This document shows, one piece after another, positions 10,062-19,271 of a DNA stretch of 64,000 bases. Source of the DNA: an uncultured delta proteobacterium (GTDB lineage Bacteria > Desulfobacterota > Binatia > UBA9968); NCBI GenBank assembly GCA_963840855.1, contig CAWJBB010000003.1:1-64000 (forward strand), given 5' to 3'. A program made the translations under genes and the position numbers. Every line of letters begins with the position of its first letter. The stretch's first letter is position 1. The notes beneath the pieces are model-generated. The model was not told the origin of the DNA. It ran no database searches and was given only the letters and a program-made list of their open reading frames with translations.

Positions 10062-10075
10062 GTCAGCATCTTGAC
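10062..10075. promoter_or_regulatory. Candidate enhancer (FleQ-box-like GTCA-N6-TGAC)
   Basis: gtcagcatcttgac, about 85 bp upstream of the fliL sigma54 site. Confidence 0.4.
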
Positions 10076-10303
10076 GACCGCGGTGCAACCATCGAAGCTC
10101 AGAGCAGAAGGAATTTCGACGCTCGCGGCACTGCGCATGTTGACCTAATCCTGGCGCTTTAGTGCCGCGCCGGCGAACGCAGAACTTATCGCATTAATTG
10201 GATTTTATCGCGCTCAGACGTGAAGGCTTGAGTACTCGAGAGGGTCAGTCATGTTTATAAAGAACCGCGCAAAGGTAGCGCCGCGCCACGCTGCTAGAAT
10301 TCA

Positions 10304-10319
10304 TGGCATGACGCTTGCT
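10304..10319 (+). promoter_or_regulatory. sigma54 promoter for the 10356 ORF
   Basis: TGGCAT-GACGC-TTGCT, followed by GGGAGG RBS and ATG at 10356. Confidence 0.8.
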
Positions 10320-10355
10320 GCTCGTACCAGAGCAAATTATTGGCCGGGAGGATTT

Positions 10356-10781
10356 ATGGCTCAATCGTCAACGACTTCGGATTTGTCTTCCGTGGAGACA
10401 CAGTCACAACATACGAGCGCGGCGTTCGAAATAGGCAGAGGAGCGGTCACCAATGAAAGCAAGACAGCCGCGATGATGGCGCAAGCTAAACGAGACCCGG
10501 CGTTGAAGGTTTCCATGGCCACTCGCTGGAACGAAGCGCTTTGCTGCGAAGCACGCAATTCCCTTCAGGTGATATTGAGCGGCGCGGAGATCATGCTCGA
10601 AGATCATCTGGGAAATCTCTTAGTTGGCCAAAAAGATTTGCTCGCCAAGATGACTGACAACGCTTATCATTTGTGTAGTCTGTTAACGGCACTGTTAGGG
10701 CCAGAAGAATTCAGGCTCGAACAAACTAACGAAGGACGTTTCCGAGCCGTCCGCCGTGTGCCGGCGGAAACTTTGAGGTGA
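10356..10781 (+). CDS. Stand-alone degenerate HisKA/DHp-like protein (phospho-His replaced by Cys, no ATPase domain)
   Basis: ALCCEARNSLQVILSGAEIMLEDHLGNL...QKDLL...NAYHLCSLL aligns by eye with SHELRTPLxxIxGxxELL...GxL...Q...L; has its own promoter and RBS. Confidence 0.65.
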   Translation: MAQSSTTSDLSSVETQSQHTSAAFEIGRGAVTNESKTAAMMAQAKRDPALKVSMATRWNEALCCEARNSLQVILSGAEIMLEDHLGNLLVGQKDLLAKMTDNAYHLCSLLTALLGPEEFRLEQTNEGRFRAVRRVPAETLR

Positions 10782-10910
10782 CTTCGTCAGGTTCGATTCA
10801 TTGAAGTCAGTGAACGGGCCATAGGCGTTGAAGGCTGGCTGGCCGGGCTCCGCGCCGGTATCTTCTACTTTTGAAACGGCTGGAACTTTTTGAACGATTT
10901 GAACTACCGG

Positions 10911-11441
10911 CTAGTCGAGCAGGTATTTTTCGACGTTTTGGATGCGCTCCAGGAGGCGCATGAGGTGGAAGGGTTTGGGCATGTATTCGTCGGCGCCCAG
11001 GTCCAAGACCAAGTTCCGGTCTCCCGTTGACGCTCCCGCCGAAACGACGATGACGTAAGGCGGCTTGCCATCACCGCGCTCCCGGATCCGCCGTAGTACC
11101 GTAAAGCCGTCCATGCGCGGCAGCATCAAATCCAGCAGCACAAGGTCAATCTCTTCGTGGTCCATGATGTCGAGAGCCGATTCGCCGTCGCTGGCGGTGC
11201 GCACATGATAGCCGTAGCGCATGAAGTAGAGGCTCAACATATCGCAAAGCGAGCCGTGATCTTCAACGATCAGGATCGTGAGTTTCTTGTCGAGACTCTT
11301 GTCGCTGTTTTTCGCGAGCGCCCCCGGTCGCTTAGGGAAAGGGATCACACGCGCTTTGCGCTCTGCCACGCTCGGACTACGTGGGCCGGGCTGGGAATTT
11401 TCAATATCGAGTTTTCGTTTACGCATCACACTCACACGCAT
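10911..11441 (-). CDS. Single-domain response regulator with basic N-terminal extension
   Basis: ILIVEDH, LVLLDLMLP, VVSA, YMPKPF; no output domain. Confidence 0.85.
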   Translation of the reverse strand: MRVSVMRKRKLDIENSQPGPRSPSVAERKARVIPFPKRPGALAKNSDKSLDKKLTILIVEDHGSLCDMLSLYFMRYGYHVRTASDGESALDIMDHEEIDLVLLDLMLPRMDGFTVLRRIRERGDGKPPYVIVVSAGASTGDRNLVLDLGADEYMPKPFHLMRLLERIQNVEKYLLD

Positions 11442-11721
11442 TGAAGCAGTCGGCTAGATCTGCTAAGAGCCGAAGGCTTCACGCGATCCTTGAACGTTAA
11501 TTCTAGCCGGACGGTATCCCTCGCGGCAATCGGCGTCAGGCGCCTCCCCAACTTCGTAATGAGCCGGGGAAACAGTCCACCGACCGGTGGCAAGGAATCC
11601 CCGGGGTTTTTCCGCTGGTTCCGCCGGGCCACCCACGCCAGCACCGATGAAGGCAGTAAGGCAAGTGCGGCCAGCGAAGGGCTCCCGCCGAGAACGTCAT
11701 ACTCCAACCATTCAAAAAAAG

Positions 11722-11748
11722 ACTTCGGCAAGAGGCCTGAATTCTTTA
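11722..11748 (-). promoter_or_regulatory. Putative sigma28 promoter toward the 11441 regulator
   Basis: Minus strand TAAA-N15-GCCGAAGT. Confidence 0.6.
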
Positions 11749-11755
11749 GGTTTCC

Positions 11756-11782
11756 TAAAGTCTTCGCCCATTTAGGCGATTC
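11756..11782 (+). promoter_or_regulatory. Putative sigma28 promoter for motAB
   Basis: TAAA-N15-GGCGATTC upstream of motA. Confidence 0.6.
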
Positions 11783-11855
11783 AACCTCTATGAGAGTTGG
11801 CGCGATTTGGTACTTTTTCCCCGAGAACTCGCAGAACTCAAACTAGGTCCACACC

Positions 11856-12713
11856 GTGCTGTCCATTATCGGATACGTAATTGTCTTTGGCGCCGTAATC
11901 GGCGGTTTCGTCATGGAAGGCGGAGCGATTGGTATTCTCAACCAGCCGGTGGAGTTCCTCATCATCGGCGGTGCGGGCATTGGCGCGCTGGCGGTGGGAA
12001 CACCGATCAAGGTTCTTACGGCGATTCTGAAAAACCTGAAGGCCGCCATTGGTGGCAATGGCTATACCAAGGCTGATTACATGGAGCTGTTCGCCATGCT
12101 TTACGAGGTTTTTTCGGTGATGCGCAAGAGCGGCGAAATGGCGCTGGAAAAAGACGTCGATGATCCCGCCAACAGCGAAATTTTCAAAAAGTATCCTAGG
12201 TTCATCGGCAACCATGCCGCCAAAAGCATGTTTCTCGACTCTTTGCGCTTGGTCATCAGCGGCTCGGCCAACGCCGACGAACTGTCTCACCTCATGGACG
12301 AGGAGATCGCCACCCATGAAGAAGAAGGGAGACTCCCGGCTGGCGTGCTAGCCAAGACTGCCGACGCTTTTCCGGGGCTCGGCATCGTCGCCGCCGTTCT
12401 GGGCGTTATCATCGCTATGGGTGCCATGGACCAGGGTCCCGAAATACTTGGACATAAGATCGCCGTGGCTCTGGTAGGAACCTTTGTCGGTATCTTAGTT
12501 TGTTATGGTATTTTGCAACCGTTAGTTCAGAAAATGGAAATCTTGCTAGCGGAAGAAGCAAAATATCTGGAGTGCATCAAAACAGGTATCCTCGCCTATC
12601 TCCACGGCGCCGCGCCGATCATCGCCGTGGAATACGCTCGTCGAGTGGTCTTCAGCACCGAACGGCCCTCCGCTCAGGAGCTTGAAGACGCCTGCCGTGG
12701 GAAGAAGGAATAA
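11856..12713 (+). CDS. motA: Flagellar stator MotA
   Basis: QPVEFLIIGGAGIG, DAFPGLGIVAAVLG, ALVGTFVG, AVEYARR. Confidence 0.96.
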   Translation: MLSIIGYVIVFGAVIGGFVMEGGAIGILNQPVEFLIIGGAGIGALAVGTPIKVLTAILKNLKAAIGGNGYTKADYMELFAMLYEVFSVMRKSGEMALEKDVDDPANSEIFKKYPRFIGNHAAKSMFLDSLRLVISGSANADELSHLMDEEIATHEEEGRLPAGVLAKTADAFPGLGIVAAVLGVIIAMGAMDQGPEILGHKIAVALVGTFVGILVCYGILQPLVQKMEILLAEEAKYLECIKTGILAYLHGAAPIIAVEYARRVVFSTERPSAQELEDACRGKKE

Positions 12714-12719
12714 TCGTTT

Positions 12720-13523
12720 ATGGCTGGAAAAGACAGCAAGCAGTCCCAGTCCCACAGCAAGGACGATAAGCCCAAAGTCATCATCAAAAAGGCCAAGGGC
12801 TACCACGGCGGCCACCCCCGCGGAGCGTGGAAAGTCGCTTACGCCGACTTCGTCACCGCTATGATGGCCCTATTTCTCGTCCTCTGGCTGCTCGGCGCTT
12901 CGAACAGTCAACAAAAGGCCGTCATCGCCCACTACTTTCGCGAACCCGCTGTTTTTAGCGGATCGCGCGGCATCATACCGCACGGCGGCGAGGACAAACT
13001 AGGCTCCGGAATCATTCAAGCGCCGTCAATGGAAGTCTTACAGATGCACATCAAAGAAGGGCTGGCGGGATTGAAGGAATTAGCCGAAATCTCCGAGCAG
13101 GTGCCGATCAAAATCACAGATGAGGGCCTGTTAATCGAGGTCATCGACAAGGACAAGCAAGCCTTTTTCGATCTGAGCAGCGCGGCGGTTAAGCCGCTCT
13201 TGCGCAAGGTCCTGAGCGCTGTCGTCAAGGAAATCAAGGATGCGACAAACAAAGTAGTGATCAGCGGCCACACCGACGCGCGGCCGTTTAAAAGCGAGAA
13301 GTATTATTCGAACTGGGACCTCTCCACCGAGCGTGCTTTAAATACGCGCCGCACCCTTGAAGAGTTGGGCCTGCCGTCGGAACGAGTGGAAAAAGTCGCG
13401 GGCTACGCGGACCGCCAGCTGCGCGTGCCGGACGACCCATTTAGCTCTGAGAACCGCCGCATCAGCATCCTGATCCGCAATTTGGAGAAAAATGAAGGCA
13501 AAAACAAAAAAGTGTTACCGTAG
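12720..13523 (+). CDS. motB: Flagellar stator MotB
   Basis: AWKVAYADFVTAMMALFLVLWL (proton-type-like), OmpA-like GHTD...NWDLSTERA...NRRISI. Confidence 0.96.
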   Translation: MAGKDSKQSQSHSKDDKPKVIIKKAKGYHGGHPRGAWKVAYADFVTAMMALFLVLWLLGASNSQQKAVIAHYFREPAVFSGSRGIIPHGGEDKLGSGIIQAPSMEVLQMHIKEGLAGLKELAEISEQVPIKITDEGLLIEVIDKDKQAFFDLSSAAVKPLLRKVLSAVVKEIKDATNKVVISGHTDARPFKSEKYYSNWDLSTERALNTRRTLEELGLPSERVEKVAGYADRQLRVPDDPFSSENRRISILIRNLEKNEGKNKKVLP

Positions 13524-13829
13524 ATTCTCGATGCGCCGCTCCGGGCTCACGACGTCAACGATACGGATGGCGAACTTCTCCCTGACCACCACGGCCTCTC
13601 CGTGAGCCATGAGCTTATTGTTAACCAGGATAGCCAGCGGTTCGCCGATCACTTGGTTCAATTCAATCACCGAACCCTGATTGAGCCTGAGAAGACTTTC
13701 GATGGTCATGCGCGCGCGCCCCAATTCCACCGTCACCTGCAAAGGGACATCCATCAGGAGCGATAGATCGACCTGATCCCCCCCGCCGCTTTTGTTGTTT
13801 TCCATTTCGAGTTCAGCCATAACATTCAC
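13515..13829 (-). CDS. fliN: Flagellar switch protein FliN
   Basis: LLMDVPLQVTVELGR, GSVIEL, HGEAVVV; 3' end overlaps convergent motB by 9 bp. Confidence 0.95.
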   Translation of the reverse strand: MNVMAELEMENNKSGGGDQVDLSLLMDVPLQVTVELGRARMTIESLLRLNQGSVIELNQVIGEPLAILVNNKLMAHGEAVVVREKFAIRIVDVVSPERRIENLR

Positions 13830-13840
13830 CGTCCTTAGAG

Positions 13841-14875
13841 TTATCGCGACACCGGACGCGGCTCCAATTTTTCCTTCGCCACGAACACCTTATTGCCACC
13901 GCGTTGCGCCGCCTTGCCGAGAAATTTTCGTTTCCCTTCGATCCAGAGTTCCACCTGATCCAAGCCCGGCGAGTTCATTTGAATCACGTCTCCGGGCCGA
14001 AGCCCCATAATATCGCCCAGGGTCATCTCTAACACATCAACCACCGCCTGTACTTCAAGCTCGATTTCGCCGACCTGCTGTTGCACCCGGCGAAAGAGCC
14101 CGATGTTATCCGGATCGTCTCCGATAGCAACCCCTGTCTTGAGCAGGGAGCGGAACTCTTCGATCGCGGCTAGCGGCAAGGCAAACAGCACCGTGCCGTT
14201 GATGGGCGACATGTTAACAGTGTAGGTGGCCAGAATCATGGGATCCCCAGGGCCCGCTGCATTCAGCAGATGGGGATTTAGCTCCGTACGCAGATAACGC
14301 CCCTGAAGCTGGACTACCGACTGCCATGACTCTTCCATGCCGCGCAGCATTCTTTCGACGAATTTGCCAAGAAACTTGTTCTCGATAGGTGTAAAATCAC
14401 GCCCTTCGACCTTCATCACCTTCTGGCCGCTACCGCCGAAAAAAAGCTCGACCATGGCAAAAGCCAAACTCGCCTCGATAACCAGGATGCCGATGCCGCG
14501 CAGCGGTTCCAGCCGGATCGCGTGAATACTAGCCGGTAACGGAAAACTTTGGATCAAGCTTTCGTAGGTAACCACTTCCATGCCCTCGAAGCTCACGTCC
14601 ACCGACTTTCCCAACTCGGTGGCGAACATGCTCTGGAGGCGGCGTGCGAAATCATTGAGGATAACTGCTAGGCCGGGCAAACGGCCGCGGGTTGTTGTCT
14701 CGCTGCGGGTGAAATCGTATGGCTTGGCGTCGTTGGCACCGGCACTGGTCTGAGCCAGGTGTTTATCCGGTGCACTCTCGCCTTTTGTCGGCGTGCTCTC
14801 GGTCGTCGGAAATTGCTGGCTAGCAACGCCATTCAATAACGCGTCTATCTCGTCTTGCCTAAGTACCTGTGCCAT
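13841..14875 (-). CDS. fliM: Flagellar switch protein FliM
   Basis: N-terminal CheY-binding VLRQDEIDALL, YDFT, GRDFTPIE, C-terminal SpoA domain. Start re-called at ATG 14875. Confidence 0.95.
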   Translation of the reverse strand: MAQVLRQDEIDALLNGVASQQFPTTESTPTKGESAPDKHLAQTSAGANDAKPYDFTRSETTTRGRLPGLAVILNDFARRLQSMFATELGKSVDVSFEGMEVVTYESLIQSFPLPASIHAIRLEPLRGIGILVIEASLAFAMVELFFGGSGQKVMKVEGRDFTPIENKFLGKFVERMLRGMEESWQSVVQLQGRYLRTELNPHLLNAAGPGDPMILATYTVNMSPINGTVLFALPLAAIEEFRSLLKTGVAIGDDPDNIGLFRRVQQQVGEIELEVQAVVDVLEMTLGDIMGLRPGDVIQMNSPGLDQVELWIEGKRKFLGKAAQRGGNKVFVAKEKLEPRPVSR

Positions 14876-14992
14876 TTCTCTCCCGCGCCGGGGCGCAACC
14901 GCTTCCACCGTCAATACCTTGGCGCTGCTTCGTCAATTCAAATGCGCCAGGACGTGAAAAATATTGATCAATGCGCTCGCTGCGAGAAGGTG

Positions 14993-15008
14993 AGCAAGGA
15001 TGGTGCCA
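14993..15008 (-). promoter_or_regulatory. sigma54 promoter for fliMN
   Basis: Minus strand TGGCAC-CATCC-TTGCT, perfect consensus. Confidence 0.85.
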
Positions 15009-15153
15009 GGGAATTGGTTTCGAGTTTGGAGTTTCGGGCTCTTGAATCCGATCTTGTGAACTCTGCCGCCTATCTATCCTCTATCTTTCCTTTCGAAGTG
15101 ATCTATGTTCTCCCTGTGGATAATCCTGTCTTGGCTGCGTTCTTTACGCGGGC

Positions 15154-16011
15154 TCAGAACTCAAAAGCAACGTCCAATTTCCCATCGGGCGAGGCCAGAT
15201 GCACGCAAACCACATCCTTGGCATTAAATGGATAGGGTTTGGCCGTTGTCTCATAGACTTCGGGCGGCTCCATGGTAAAGTTAAAACCGTTCTCCGAGAG
15301 CCGGGCGCAGGCATTGCCGTTGGCGATGTTGACAAATTCCTTGCTCGCATCGAGGGCCAGTTCGTCGGGCGCGTTCACCGTTTCGGCCAGCATCGTAGAA
15401 GCCATGTGCAGCAAAAGTTTCGGCGGTACCGAGAGCAAGCAATTAAATTCAACATTCTTGCCTGCGATCTTTTGCGAGAATACCCAGCGAAACAGCCGGA
15501 CCTTCTCTTTCCCGGTCTCGCACTGTTCGATTTTGAGCTCTTGCTTGGCGAAACGGGTGAACATGATCATCATCAAGTCGGTGAAGGTCTTGACCAGTTC
15601 TCGGTTGCGCACCTTGTCGAAGGCAGCCGCAAGTTCGAATGAAAGTTTTTCCTCGTCTTTATCGTATTCCTTGAACTCTTTTTCCAGCGCCGCAAGGGTC
15701 AAATAGCCCTTCGACACCAGCACGTCGCCGAGCAAGACTCGGTGGCTTGTCTCCTGCGCGCCCAGTAATTCGTCCACTTGAGTCTGCGTGAGTAGAGCTG
15801 ACAAAACTGCCTGTTCACCGAAGCGATAGTTGGTTTTCTTTTGCACATCGAGAATCTGCTTGATCTGCTCCGCCGTAAGCCAGCGCTTTTCAAGCGCCAG
15901 GATACCGATGGGCGGCGTCGCGGCCTTCTGGGTGTCGAGCGCCGAGGACAGCTGCTGCGAGGTGATCCGCCCTTTTTCCAGAAGGTATTGACCGAAGAAT
16001 CTTGAGCTCAT
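15154..16011 (-). CDS. Fusion of four MshEN-like repeats with a CheX/CheC-like phosphatase domain
   Basis: 24-aa repeats FFGQYLLEKGRITSQQLSSALDTQ / PIGILALEKRWLTAEQIKQILDVQ / RFGEQAVLSALLTQTQVDELLGAQ / LLGDVLVSKGYLTLAALEKEFKEY; C-terminal DASKEFVNIANGN and EPP (CheX ExxN motif). Confidence 0.75.
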   Translation of the reverse strand: MSSRFFGQYLLEKGRITSQQLSSALDTQKAATPPIGILALEKRWLTAEQIKQILDVQKKTNYRFGEQAVLSALLTQTQVDELLGAQETSHRVLLGDVLVSKGYLTLAALEKEFKEYDKDEEKLSFELAAAFDKVRNRELVKTFTDLMMIMFTRFAKQELKIEQCETGKEKVRLFRWVFSQKIAGKNVEFNCLLSVPPKLLLHMASTMLAETVNAPDELALDASKEFVNIANGNACARLSENGFNFTMEPPEVYETTAKPYPFNAKDVVCVHLASPDGKLDVAFEF

Positions 16012-16400
16012 AGCGCCACCCCGGCTTCTTGGCAGACGATATTTAGAGTTGAAAGCATGTGGTCTTTTTTCAATGGCTTTTGCAGAAAGCTTTTGGCGCC
16101 CTTCTTTAAACAGTCCTGCACCTCTGCTTCCGTGCCCATGGAGCTGACCATCACCACGCAGGCGGCGGTGTCCACGTGAAGGATATGCTCCAGCGTTTCC
16201 ACGCCATTTTCAACCGGCATGACGATGTCCAAGAGAACGACCTGCGGTCGATGCGCCTGATATTTTTCCAGCGCTTCTCGTCCGCTCGACGCCGTCGCCA
16301 CGACCTCGAAGCCAGTGTCTTTGAGATGCGCGGCAATCATTGCAATCATTGTTTTCGAATCGTCAACTACCAGAACTTTCACAGCTTTTGTGTTGCTCAC
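16008..16400 (-). CDS. cheY: CheY-like single-domain response regulator
   Basis: VLVVDDS, VVLLDIVMP, VMVSSMG, FLQKP; overlaps the CheX-fusion start (ATGA). Confidence 0.8.
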   Translation of the reverse strand: MSNTKAVKVLVVDDSKTMIAMIAAHLKDTGFEVVATASSGREALEKYQAHRPQVVLLDIVMPVENGVETLEHILHVDTAACVVMVSSMGTEAEVQDCLKKGAKSFLQKPLKKDHMLSTLNIVCQEAGVAL

Positions 16401-16453
16401 TCAAGGTTCTCCTTCTTCCGACGGCGCCCGCACCCACAGTGACTCATCCAAAT

Positions 16454-16480
16454 ATATCGGCAGCGGCCCAAACGAATTTA
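16454..16480 (-). promoter_or_regulatory. sigma28 promoter for the cheY + CheX-fusion pair
   Basis: Minus strand TAAA-N15-GCCGATAT. Confidence 0.8.
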
Positions 16481-16629
16481 GTCGATCCGCGACGGGAGAA
16501 TTCTCCCAAACGCCATGGGACTCGGTGCGAGCGGGGCATTTGCTCACTTTCGGTACCGCTCTGGTTGAAAATGCTCGTCACTTTGGTCCGACCCCTGGCT
16601 GTCGTGAATTTTCCGCCTCGCCAGCAAAC

Positions 16630-17736
16630 CTACTGCGCGTTACCCGCGACGCTAGAAGCGCAATGATGTGCGCTTAGAATTATCCCTGGAATCTGTTGCA
16701 AGGATGCGATGTTACGGACCGCGCCGTAGTCGATGGCTTCCTTCGACATTCCGAATACGACGCAGGTCTGCTCGTCTTGGGCAATAGTCAACGCTCCCGC
16801 TTGTTTCATCTCCAGCAGGCCCCGTGCGCCATCACTGCCCATACCAGTCAAAATCACACCGACGGCGTTGGGCCCGGCAGTCTGGGCCACTGAGCGAAAC
16901 AGCACATCGACACTGGGCCGGTGGCGCGAAACCAGAGGTCCATCGACCACCTCGGCGTAATAGGTGGTGCCACTGCGGCGCACCAGCATATGCCGATTGC
17001 CAGGGGCGATTAGCGCCCGCCCGTTGACGATCGCATCCCCCTGGGCAGCTTCCGTTACGTGGATCTTGCAGGTTTTGCTGAGGCGTTTAGCGAAAGCGGC
17101 GGTAAAGCCTTCCGGCATATGTTGGACCACCACGAACCCCGGGGCGTTCTCGGGCATGGCTTCGAGCAGCACACGCAACGCCTCCGTTCCTCCTGTTGAT
17201 GCGCCGATGGCGACGATCCTCTCGCTGTTCAGCGTCGGCGCTAAGGCGGCTCTTGCCGGCAGGACCGCATCAGCGCTGAGTGCCGGCGACGCCGTTGCGC
17301 TCGCGGGGCGACGCAGTTTCACGTTGGATTTGGCCGCCGCGCGTACGGCATCGATCAGAAGAACCGCCGACTCATAGAGAAACTCGCGCACTCCCAGGTT
17401 TGGTTTTGCCACCACGTCAATGGCGCCCTCTTCCAGCGCCTGTAACCCGAGAGCGGTCTCCTCGCCAACGTGGGCGGAGCATACAACCACGGGAATGGGG
17501 CTTTCAGTCATGAGCTTTCGAAGAAAAGCCAACCCACCCATTCGTGGCATTTCCAGGTCGAGTAGAATGACATCCGGTCGCTGCCTGGCCATCTTGGTCA
17601 TGGCAATAATGGGGTCGGCGGCCGTGGTGACGATAATTCCCCGCTCTTGTGACAGTACGGCGTTCATGACTTCGCGCACAACGGCCGAGTCATCGACGAC
17701 TAGAACGTGCAAAGGATTGACGGTGTCACTATTCAT
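16630..17736 (-). CDS. cheB: Chemotaxis methylesterase CheB
   Basis: REC domain plus IGASTGG, VQHMP, HRPSVD, LTGMGSDG. Confidence 0.96.
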   Translation of the reverse strand: MNSDTVNPLHVLVVDDSAVVREVMNAVLSQERGIIVTTAADPIIAMTKMARQRPDVILLDLEMPRMGGLAFLRKLMTESPIPVVVCSAHVGEETALGLQALEEGAIDVVAKPNLGVREFLYESAVLLIDAVRAAAKSNVKLRRPASATASPALSADAVLPARAALAPTLNSERIVAIGASTGGTEALRVLLEAMPENAPGFVVVQHMPEGFTAAFAKRLSKTCKIHVTEAAQGDAIVNGRALIAPGNRHMLVRRSGTTYYAEVVDGPLVSRHRPSVDVLFRSVAQTAGPNAVGVILTGMGSDGARGLLEMKQAGALTIAQDEQTCVVFGMSKEAIDYGAVRNIASLQQIPGIILSAHHCASSVAGNAQ

Positions 17737-18623
17737 CGAACGCCACTCGCTTCCTGGCGCGGCACGCCGCCCCTAATGCCCAATTCCCCTCGGCCGACGC
17801 GAACATAGATCGTCGGCGAAATATTCAAAATTTTATGCATCAGGCCGTTCAATTGTTCCGCATGTCCGATAAAAAAAAAGCCGCCGGGGGCAAGATGCTC
17901 CAGCAGCCGATCGGCAACTCGGGCTCTATGGGCATCGTCAAAATAGATCAGCACATTGCGGCACAAAATGATGTCAAAGAGGCTCGTCACCGGATAAACC
18001 TTGTCATTAAGATTGAGCCGTTCAAAGCGGATCACCGAGCGAATTTCCGCTCCCGCCTTCATTTTTCCCGACTGCTCTCCCGTCCCTTTCAACATGAAGC
18101 GTTTGAGGTATACATCGGGAATATTCTTTGCCTTTTCAATGGGCCAAATGGCTTGTCGCGCCCGTTCGAGGGCCCGGTTCGATATATCTGTGGCGAGAAT
18201 CTCGATCTCCCATCCCGCCGACGGCGGAAAATAATTCCAGAGAATCATGGCCAGGGAATAGGGCTCCTCGCCGGTCGAACAGCCGGCGCTCCACACGCGC
18301 ATATGTCGTGGACGCAATCCGGCGTCGGCCTGCGCCGTCCAATCGTGAACAACGAGCCGGGATAAAAAATCAAATTGCCGCGGCTCGCGAAAAAAGTGCG
18401 TTTCATTGGTCGAAACGCGGTCAAGCATTTCAACGATTTCCTCGTCCCAGTTTTCTAGTAGGTAATTGTAATACGCCGTAAACGAGTCCAGACCCAAGTG
18501 AAATATGCGTTTGCCGAGACGCGCTTCCAACAACGGTTTTTTTGCCGGCAAAAGGTATATACCCGCCTGTTGATGAATCAGCTTCTGAAATAGGCTGAAT
18601 TCCTGGTCTGTAATCAGAATCAT
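17733..18623 (-). CDS. cheR: Chemotaxis methyltransferase CheR
   Basis: TNETHFFRE, WSAGCSTGEEPYS, CRNVLIYFD. Confidence 0.96.
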   Translation of the reverse strand: MILITDQEFSLFQKLIHQQAGIYLLPAKKPLLEARLGKRIFHLGLDSFTAYYNYLLENWDEEIVEMLDRVSTNETHFFREPRQFDFLSRLVVHDWTAQADAGLRPRHMRVWSAGCSTGEEPYSLAMILWNYFPPSAGWEIEILATDISNRALERARQAIWPIEKAKNIPDVYLKRFMLKGTGEQSGKMKAGAEIRSVIRFERLNLNDKVYPVTSLFDIILCRNVLIYFDDAHRARVADRLLEHLAPGGFFFIGHAEQLNGLMHKILNISPTIYVRVGRGELGIRGGVPRQEASGVR

Positions 18624-18643
18624 GGGCTAACGCGAAAACCTCG

Positions 18644-19126
18644 CTAGGCCGCGGCGCTCGTCGGGAGCCCGCCGTTCAGCAACACCTTGTCGACATCGAG
18701 CAGCAGAACAAACGTTTCCCCGACCCGACCAACGCCACGCAAAAAATCCTCCCGCACTCGGGTACCGAACGTCGGCGCCGGCAAAATTTCGTCGGGGGAA
18801 AGTTCCAAAACTTTGCTGACCGAGTCGGCGAGAATCCCCGTGAGAACTGGTTTGCCCGTCAAATTCGCCTCCACGATGATTATGCAGGTCCGTCCGGTAA
18901 TAGGGCTCGGGGGCAGGCCGAATCGTAGTGCCAGGTCCAGCACCGCCACGACATTGCCGCGCAAGTTGATCACCCCCAGAATAAACGGTGGTGTTTGCGG
19001 CACTCTGGTTAGGCTACGATATCCGATGATCTCTCTCACCTGCATGAGACTCAGACCATATTCCTGCCCCGACAATTGAAAGGTCATATGCTGACCATGC
19101 CCGCCGATGATTTCCGCCGCCTTCAT
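18644..19126 (-). CDS. cheW: Chemotaxis coupling protein CheW
   Basis: VREII, TRVPQTPPFILGVINLRG, GILADSV. Confidence 0.95.
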   Translation of the reverse strand: MKAAEIIGGHGQHMTFQLSGQEYGLSLMQVREIIGYRSLTRVPQTPPFILGVINLRGNVVAVLDLALRFGLPPSPITGRTCIIIVEANLTGKPVLTGILADSVSKVLELSPDEILPAPTFGTRVREDFLRGVGRVGETFVLLLDVDKVLLNGGLPTSAAA

Positions 19127-19271
19127 CGTTGACTTCTCCTATTCTTCATCGGCTCCGATCGCCCCCCATTCTTTTCGATCTCTCCTTCTGAATTCTGACT
19201 CCCGTCTATTGTGTTCCGCTTTCATCTTTCGCTTTCATCCTTCCCCGTTCTTCACAGATCTACACCTATTT

